A stretch of 64,000 nucleotides of DNA from contig JAPLLS010000093.1 of NCBI GenBank assembly GCA_026387435.1, forward strand, positions 1,059 through 65,058, read 5' to 3'. The notes below the pieces were generated by a model. That model was not told the DNA's origin, ran no database searches, and saw only the letters and a program-made list of their open reading frames with translations. This document shows positions 47,501 through 56,500 of this stretch, piece by piece. The number at the start of each line of letters is the position of its first letter. Within the stretch, counting starts at the first letter, position 1. Origin of the DNA: Candidatus Omnitrophota bacterium. Its GTDB lineage: Bacteria; Omnitrophota; Gorgyraeia; Gygaellales; Profunditerraquicolaceae. A program made the position numbers and the translations under genes.

Positions 47501-50500
47501 AGATGGAAGGGCATGATGAGGAAATGGCGATACAAAAGACGCTGGCAATAGACGCGCCGCATATCATCAGCCTGCGCGAGCTCAAGCGCGCCTGCCGGAT
47601 GATCGCGGAGAATAACGGGAAGCTCAGCCGGGAGCAGAACCTGATCGAAGCGGTGATGTTTTATTACGGTTTCGCTTTCAAGGAGATCGGCGATCAAGAG
47701 CGGGTTGAGCGGTTTATCCGCAGGATCCTCGCCCCTTCGGCTCCGAAGTGGGAACCGCCGATCGCCATCGAGAAATTCGTCGCGTCAGGACACAGGGTGA
47801 TATGTCTGGTGCTGGATCCCGAAGGCGCAGACATGCAGGAATTGCGGAAGGCAATGAAGAATAACGAGATCGACAAGCTAAATATTGAACGGATAAATGG
47901 CTGGGTGCCCCTTGAAGTAGCCAAACAGGGTAAAATTGTCAACGCTGAAAAGGAATATCCGCGGCTTAGAGCCACTATTGAACAATTATTCGAGAATGAT
48001 TCTGAGTCTTTCGAGAAATCGATAGGATTTTTGATCACCTTAAAGAAGCAGAATAAACCTGATCAGGGAGTTGTTGTTAGCAATGAACTCGATCAGAAGC
48101 TCCAGGAGCTAAAATCGGCAGCGGAACAATGGGCCGGTTCAGGAAACAAGTTAGTTAAGCCCTGGGAGATGTTAGATATGATCGAAAAGGAGCAGCAGCG
48201 CAAGTCCGGAACAACGGTTGAAGTAATGGCGAAAGTCCTGGCAGGTAAGCCGCCGAGCATTTCGAAAGAATTTGCAAAAAAACTGCTGGAATTGCGGTCA
48301 AGGCCAGCGCGCACATCCGGAGTGGCTGAAGAAATCGAGAAAGAACTGAAGGAAACGCCGCCGCCGTTTGTTAGTTCGGGAACCAATGATATCCCGCTGC
48401 GTACAAGGTCCGTGAGAGAAGATATCAGGGATTGGGGGACCAATCCTGACCGGCCGATTGTTGCAAGGCCAGACATGAAATCAGATGAGTACGGGGTAAT
48501 GGTAATGGATGTTGATGGTACTTTAATCGGGTCGCGCTTATCGGGCGTGGCAGAAGATATTGAAAAAGAGTTAATTAAACTGATGCGTTCAGCTGTTGAA
48601 CCTGCTACCGGTGTTCCAGTGGATTGGAATCAAATAATGCTGAAATATTTGAAGGAGCCGGAGCCTCCGCTGGCGGAGTTCCAGGATAAGGGGTTGCAGT
48701 ATTATCTCGACTATTCGCTATTCAGGACGAAGGAGCCGACCCTGTTATCCATGGACGCGGTGAATGATCCTATGGCTCAGTTGCGCTCTGCAGCGGAAAA
48801 ACGCGGCCGGGTGGTTATCGAGAAGCTCAATACCAACCTGTTCACCGACGATTTCACCCTTTTCGGCGGATATATCCCGGACAGCGAGCGGGAAGCAGAA
48901 ACCGGCGAAGCCCAGCTGCGCTTGGCTGACGGAGCGATGTCGCGTTTCATCGCTCAGGCGGCCAAAGCCCGGGAAGAGGATAAAAACCTGCCTGAGGCAG
49001 AACGCCGGATATTCGTCCTGGCTTTCGAGAATTACCATTACCTGCGGCCGCAGATCGCGGTGGCGCTTAACGTGATCCTTCAGGAACGGGTGTATTATCC
49101 TCCGACAAGCACAGACAGGATAGAACTGCCGGATAACCTGCGTTTCTTCGCCACAGCGACCAATGAGGCGGAATTCAACCTGTCGCTGGCCGAGCAGTCA
49201 CGCTGGGCGAGGATATTCTTCCATAAGCCTAACGGGCCTGCTCCGCAGGCAGATAATGATCTGTACAGCTCAGCTGATCCTGGATTGGCGGGTATGCTGC
49301 CGACTGTAGCCGGCGGAGCAATGCCATACGATAACGATTCGATTAGCGCAAAGGATCTGATGAGAATGGCGAGAGTAGATGTAGAAGGTATGTTGGTAAA
49401 CAAGCCCTCACGGCCGCCTTCTGACAGCGGTTCAATGACCACCGCCGGCGGTGCTATGCTGGATATCCTCACCTCAGCGTCTGAGCTGGCTGAAAAGTAT
49501 TTAAAGGATGCAGGTATTAAGATCAAGATCGAGGATAATGGTAAAATTACTTTGCCGGAGTTGAGGGAGATGAAATACAAGAGGCTAGGTTCCCTGGAAG
49601 AAAAACTTAAGGGGGCGGATGATAAGGAAATCTCCAGCTTTGCTCAAGATGACCTTGTGCCGCGTTTCACCGCCGACCCAAAGCTTGAGCAGTTGATCGA
49701 GGACTATTGCCGGGAATTTCCTGCGGTGGACAAGGAGGAGGTCCGGGTCGCGGCAGAAGCAGTTGCCAAAAAGAAGGGCCCGGGTGAGGAGCCGGTTACT
49801 ATAAAAGAAGTACAGTATACCAGCGCGGAAGAATTGCGCAACGCCTACAAGATTGAACCTTTCGAGCGCCAGCACGAGCCATTGGCAGAAGAGGAGTTGA
49901 TGGTCCCCACTAATGAACTTCTGCGCCAGGAAAGCATGATGGTCAACGCCATGAACCGGGGCCAGGTGATCATCTGCGAAGGCGAGCCGGGCGGAGGAAA
50001 AACGGACATGGGCATCGACATCGCCGAACGCCTCGGACTTGATTCCTATATTTATTCCGGCCATGCCGGAGCGCATTTGCGCGATTTTATCGGCGCCTAT
50101 ACCAAAGACGAGAAAGGCAGGTTCGTTCTGACCTGCCTGCCGGATAAGGACGGACATTTCAAGGTGCCGTTCTTGGAATTCTACACTCACGGCGGAGTTT
50201 ATACTTTCGACGAAGGCGCGCTGGGTAAATATCCCCAGGCTTTGATCAGCTGGCTGACCGGGATCGCCCGCGGGGAGCAGGAGTTGGTGATCAATGAGCA
50301 TCCCGGCCAGGAGCCATTGCGGCTCAAGCGGCATAAACATTTCCATATCGTCATTACTACTAACCCTGTTGATGAGACTCCGGGAAGAGAATCGATCTCC
50401 GTTGAAGTCCTCAAAGCGGCGCGCCGGATCTGGGTGGAGAACAAACTTAGCGACGCCTCGTACCAGGCGATCCTGGACCGTTTTTACGATTTTTACTCCC

Positions 50501-53500
50501 GTCAGAGCAAGGTAGAGCTGATTGCTGACCGCGACGGCCTGATCGGACTTAATATCGCTTTGCACAAACTGATGCAGAAGTTCGTGAGCGATGAAGTCAC
50601 CCTCGAGAATCCCGAACGCCACCTGTTGACCATGCGCGACATGCGCGGATGGGTCAAGGCGTTCATGAGCGAGTTGGGCAAAGGCGTTTTGCTTGAGGAA
50701 GCGTTCATGACGCCGTTCGAGCTTTTTTACCTGAAGCAATTCAGCCCTGAGGCATATGCGCTGGCGAGGGAACAGGTTGATAGCCTGCTGCTGAATCAGG
50801 AGATCGCCAAGGTGTTCAACAAAAAAGCATTAAAAGAAAGTAATGGGCGGCCATTGAAATACGCGGCAGCCGAAACGATCAGGACAACCCCCTCAAAGAC
50901 AATCAAGTCGGGGTCGGCCGGAAATGTCAAAGCTCAGGCCAATGAACAAAGCCTTATCGCGCATGAATGGACGGGGGAACTAAAGGTAAGCAAAGAAGAT
51001 GCGGTTATGACTGATGAGCGCCTGAAATCTCTCCAGGAATTAGTGGCTAGTCTGAGTTTTCCCGAGTCTTCTGTGCATTTCCACTACGGGGATATGGCAA
51101 TCCTGAAGGGCGCCTCTGGAGAAGATGTGTTCGTGTACACAGAAGCAGGATCGATCATGATTTTAAGAAAGAATTCCGCGGGCAGATTTGAGCGGACTGA
51201 AATCAAGAATTCGTTGCAAGGATCCGGTCGCTCTTTTAACGCGTTTCTCAATGAAAGAGGTTTGCTTACTGTCGTAACCAAGGAGTTTGATAGTGACAAG
51301 ATCACCCTGACCAGGGAAATGGAGCCGGATGTTTTTAGATCCAAGACTATCCAGGTAAACGGCATCGATCATTTTGGCCTTAGCTTTAAGGCGATTCAGG
51401 ATCTTCAGGGCAAGTTGGTTTTTGCCGACACCAACGAGCAAAAGAGCGTGATTACTCTATGCCGGGAGAGGGACAATTTTATTCCTAAAGACCTGATGTT
51501 CTCAGGGCATGATCTTTGCCGCAGGATAGATCTCCTGGAAGACGCGCAAGGAAAGTTGACAATAGCCGTTTCCGGCGAAGATACGCTGGCGATCATGCAG
51601 GAGAAGAACCCGGATGAGTTTGAGGTCAGGGAGCTCCGGAAGTCAACCCTTTCCAACGGCCAAGTCCAGCTGATGCGAGATAAAGAAAGCAAACTGATCA
51701 TTGCTGCCGTCGGAATGTTAAGCGGTACAGGCCCCAAGGATCCCCTTCCGGAGAAGAAAGACGGGCTCACTATCTTGCGGGAAGAGGATGATCAGACTTT
51801 CTCGGAAAGCCGGTTGGAAGGGAAAATTTACGGCAGTTTTGACGCGATGACGGACGAAGAAGGGTTTTTGTCGATAGTTTCATATAATCCGGAAAGACAT
51901 AGCCAAGCGGGGAAGGAAGAGTTGTATAATTCTCCTGAGATTGCTCTCTTGAAAGAGGTCTCGCTTGATGAATTTACCCGGAAGATTATGAAAAGGCCGG
52001 AAGAAAAAACGGTGACCAATAAAGTCAATATATTCAGGGATCAAGATGGCAGCGTGTCATTTGTTTCCGGGCACGTTGGCTATATCAACATCTGGAAAGA
52101 CGATGAGGCGCAGTTTACGGCATTTGGCGCGGCCGACCCGGCCCGGGCTAAGCCGAAGAAGTTCGCCAGCTCCGAAGTAGTTAAGCATACAAGTGGCCCC
52201 ATTGCGACGAAGAACATCGGCGCCTTAGAGGTGAGCGATGTTAAAGATTATTCCGCCGGGGAGCTGAAAACAAAGACAGTCGAAGCGGTCAGCGCGGTCG
52301 GTAAAGTTGAAAATATGAGCTCGAGCGTCTTGCGAGAACTGAAGTTTGAGTTAAGGATCGAGGAGTATCCGAATTTTTCCGGAGATAAGATCAGGGTGGT
52401 CCGGGATGAACAAGGGCTTTTGACCATTGTCACCATTTCTTCCGCGGATATCGCGATCTGGCGGCAGAACGCCGAAGGCGGCTTCGAGGTCTCGATGGTA
52501 AAAGGCGCGCAGGACAATTGGGGCACGCAGATGAGAGTTGTTCCGGGCAGCGACGGGTTGCTTTACATTGTTACCGAAGCTGAAAAAGACGATGGGTTGA
52601 AAGTGTGGCAGGAGATCGAAAAAAATAAGTTCCGGATCACGATCTTGCCGCGCCCCGCTTCAGGCAGAGGATTCGACGCATTTTCTGACGACAAGGGAGG
52701 GCTGACTATTGTCAACAGCCATTCCAGGGCCCAAGATGAAGATTCGATCAAGAACGGGGATTCTACCTTTGATATCTGGGAAATCCATAAAGACGGCTCG
52801 TGTGCCCTGCGCCAGGGGGTGTTGCCTGCAGTTCCAACTCGAAAGAAGGTGTTTTTGCTGTGGGCGGGCAGGGATCCTTCAGGCCGCTTGCAGTTCATGT
52901 GTGACGATCCGGCAAACTCGAATGATATTCTTATTTGCACCGAGGTTCAGAAAGATCGTTTTAGTATCGAGTTATTGAGGGCGGGGAATGAGGATATTCT
53001 GCTTGCTAAGGGAGCGTTCCGGGATGGAGCGGGAAAACTAAATATTTTTGGCCGTATGTCAAAGCAGGGGCCGGTGTTATTCGACCAGACCGAGCAGGGG
53101 AAATTCGTCCAGACAGTATTAGATATGCCTCTGTTTGGGGCGAGTGTCGCGGTGACTAAAAACAGCTGGGGTTTGTATTCGCTGGGGGTGAATAGTAAGG
53201 AGTACGAATCCAGCATAGGTATCGAGTCCAAGGTGAGCCTGATTGCCCAGGGGCAAGACAAAGAATTCCGGGTCAAAAAATTCAGGTTAAGGGAAAATTT
53301 CGACGAAATTATTGCTTTCGTCGATGAAGAAGGATACAGCACGTTCGTGTCAAGCCATGAGGGAGTGATCAGGATCTGGAAAGACGATGAGGAACGGTTC
53401 AAGAAAGCGCCTGAGCCATTGCCGGATGAGCAGGAAGAATTCGTCGATAAGGGGTTGACCATCGGATCTGAGGAACAGGTTAAGGCTGATCTGTCCAGGG

Positions 53501-56500
53501 TCTTCGAATACGGAGCGCACGGTTTGCTGCTTTTGGAACCGGGTGCGCGGGAACATCAGATTATCAGGGAATTCGGAAAAGAAAACGGCTACCAGTTGCT
53601 TCATCTTGAAAGCGTTCCGGAAATGACCGATATGGAGATCATCGGAGGGCTCTTCCCGATACTGGAGGATGAGCCGCGGGATAACGGCAGGGAATTCCGC
53701 GTCAAGCCGGGATTCCTCAGCCGCCACCTGGTGCCCGAGGAACAGCGCAACGAGCCGGGCAAAAAGAAGCTGCTGATTTTGCATAATATCGACGCTCTTC
53801 CGGAGCGGGTCCGCGCGGCGCTGAATAATTTCCTGATCAAGGGTTACTTGGAGATCAAGGATGATTCGGGCAGGAGCAAAAGGTATTATCTGCCTTCCGG
53901 CACGGACATCGTCGCGACGATATCCTCAAAAAGCCAGCGGGAATTTTCATCCGCGTTCTTCAACAGGTTCGTCAAAATTTATGTGCCATCGATAAAAGTA
54001 TTCCACCGGGGTTTTTCCGAACTGCTCCAGTTATTGATGTTCCAGTGCGGTCTTTCGGAATACGAAGCGCGCCAGCTGCAGAAGATCTATATCATGGTCA
54101 AGGCTCTGGAAGAAGGCGGCCAGTTCTGGCCTTCGGGGACCGATTATAATTTCACGGCCAAGGACGCGCTGCTCTTAGGAGAATTCGTCAGGCTGGCCAG
54201 GCAGGAAGCAGGCGGACAACTGGGCCGGAAAGACATGGAACGGTTGATCGTTCAGGAAGCGCTGCGCGCCTACGGTGGCCGGCTCTGCGAGCATGAAGAG
54301 GATTATACTAATTTTGTCGATTTGATCCTTAAGAATATTTTCGATCACGAAGTGGTAGAGGAGCTTTCCGGTGAGGTTTTGATGGAAGAAGGCCGACTGC
54401 TCGCTCTTTCGGGAGTGAATCTTCCCGCGGGAAGCCGCGGCTTGGCCTGGGATAAGACCGATCCGCGCTACCGCTTGACCCTGGTGCCGACGATCACCCG
54501 GACGATGTCCGGGATCCTGCGCGGATGGCAGGCGGGCAGGATGGTCAGCATTGTCGGCGAGACCGGGGTGGCCAAGACCACGATGGGTGTTTTTCTTTCC
54601 CAATTGCTGTTCGGAGCGTCAAACGGCATGGAGCATTATTACATCTACTCGACCCACGGCGAATCCAAGGCCAGGGACATGACCGTTCAGCTGCGCATGA
54701 ACCGCGAAGGGGCATTCCGCTTGGAGATGCAGGAATTCCTCAAGCGGGTCAAAGCCGGCAACCAGGTGATAATAGTCGACGAAGCGAACATGCGCCCGGA
54801 AATGCTCTGGGTGCTCAACGGCATTGCCCGCGGTGAGAAAGAGGTAAGCGTGGAGATCCCCGGTGAAGAGCCGTTTACCGTCGAGATTGGCGACAATGTC
54901 TATATCCTTCTGACTATGAACCCGGAGAGTTACACTGACCGCGGAGAGGTCCCGGGAGTGCTTCTGGAGAATGTTTTCCGGCTCTGGGCACCGGCACGTT
55001 ACGCTCAAGATGAGGTCATCCGGATCCTGAATGATCTTATCGACGCCTCCCAGCAGGCGGCGGTTTCCAAACGGTTATCGTTAATACAGGCGCGGTCAAC
55101 GCTTTCCGGAGCGGCGGCGCTGGTGACCCTTGAGGATTTTATCAAGCGCGTCGATGAGATAGGCTTCGATAATGCGCTGGAAGAACGCACGATCAAAGAA
55201 TTGCGCAAGCTGGAGAGGGATATCCTGGCCATGGAAAGCGTGCGAAAGAAGATGAACAAGGTGCGCTCCGGTGTGGCGGTCGCCGTTCCTAAAACCCGGA
55301 TCATCTTCTCGATCCTGACCTGGTGGGGTTCGACCGACGACCGCACGACCATCATCGTTCCGCTGCACGAGCTGGCCAATTCCAAGCGCACTCCCGAGAC
55401 GATCATCGGGATCGTCCTGCATGAGGCGCGCCATCAGCTTTATTCGCTTTCTCACCCGGAAATGGAAAAAGTCGCGGAGCCCGAACATTTGCAGATCGTA
55501 AAAAAAGAAGAATTCCACAATTTCTGGAACGGCTTGGAGGATGTGCGCATAAATTATATCAACGATCCGGTAATGGCCGGGGAACGCGCTTATATCAAGG
55601 CCTCGCTTGATGAGATGTGTAAGGATCTGACCCAGGAGCAGATCTCCGAGATGGTAAAGAACTATGAGTTCGAGATGGACAATATCTTCTTATTTGAGCT
55701 GGTTTTTTACGGAAGGACAGGCCGCTACCGGAATTCATTCGCCTCCCTTCCTGAGCCGATGCAGCAGGCGCTTAGATCGGTCATCGAGAAAAACGGCGCG
55801 GAACAATCATTGCTTGATCAGGTTACGAACAACGAGCAGGTCCTGCCGGATATGGCCGGGATACAGCAGGGGAAAAAGGATTTTGCCCAGGAGCGTTTGC
55901 GCTCGGGAAAGGTTTCGCTGGGCGCGATGTGCGCGAAGATCTGGCCAATATACGAGAAACTATTGAAGCAGGCCGATGAAAACCGCGAGAAAGCCGGCAA
56001 GAAAAAAGAGGGCAAAGGCGGGCGCGGCAAGGGAGGGGGTAAAGGTAGTGGCGGGCAAAGAGACGGAATGCCGTCATTCGGAAGGATTAGTCGGGAAGAA
56101 TTGGAGGATCTGATCGAAAATACTCCTCTTGGCGCGCTGCCTGAATCGCTGAGGGGCGGCCGGTCCGGCGGCAGACCCGGGAGAGGTAATCCAGCCGGCC
56201 AGGATGATGCCGGGGGTGGCGAGGGATCGGAAGGGGACGGATCCGAGGGAGATAATAACGACGATAACCAGTCAGGGCGGCCGAATTTCATGAATGACGA
56301 AGACCGCGACAAGGACGCGGATAATGATCTGGATAGAAAGATCAATGAGGCCAAGAATAAGCGTACGGAAGAGATGAAGAAAAATGAACCGTTAAATTAC
56401 GCTTTAAGCAATATTCCGGCGGCCAGTAAGCGGCTTGCCGACGGACTGGTGCAGCTGTTCCGCGTCCCGGACGAGCCGGATATAGAGGAGTCTCCTTCAG

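Noticed and set aside
49585-50739. Long (384 aa) minus-strand ORF, and many shorter minus-strand ORFs between 43.5 and 64 kb, listed in the six-frame track.
   Set aside because: They lie antisense inside the giant plus-strand ORF, whose translation carries clear Walker A/AAA_5, MIDAS and MTase motifs in exactly these regions. The minus-strand translations are low-complexity (Ser/Arg/Leu/Pro-rich) and are typical shadow ORFs of GC-skewed coding sequence.
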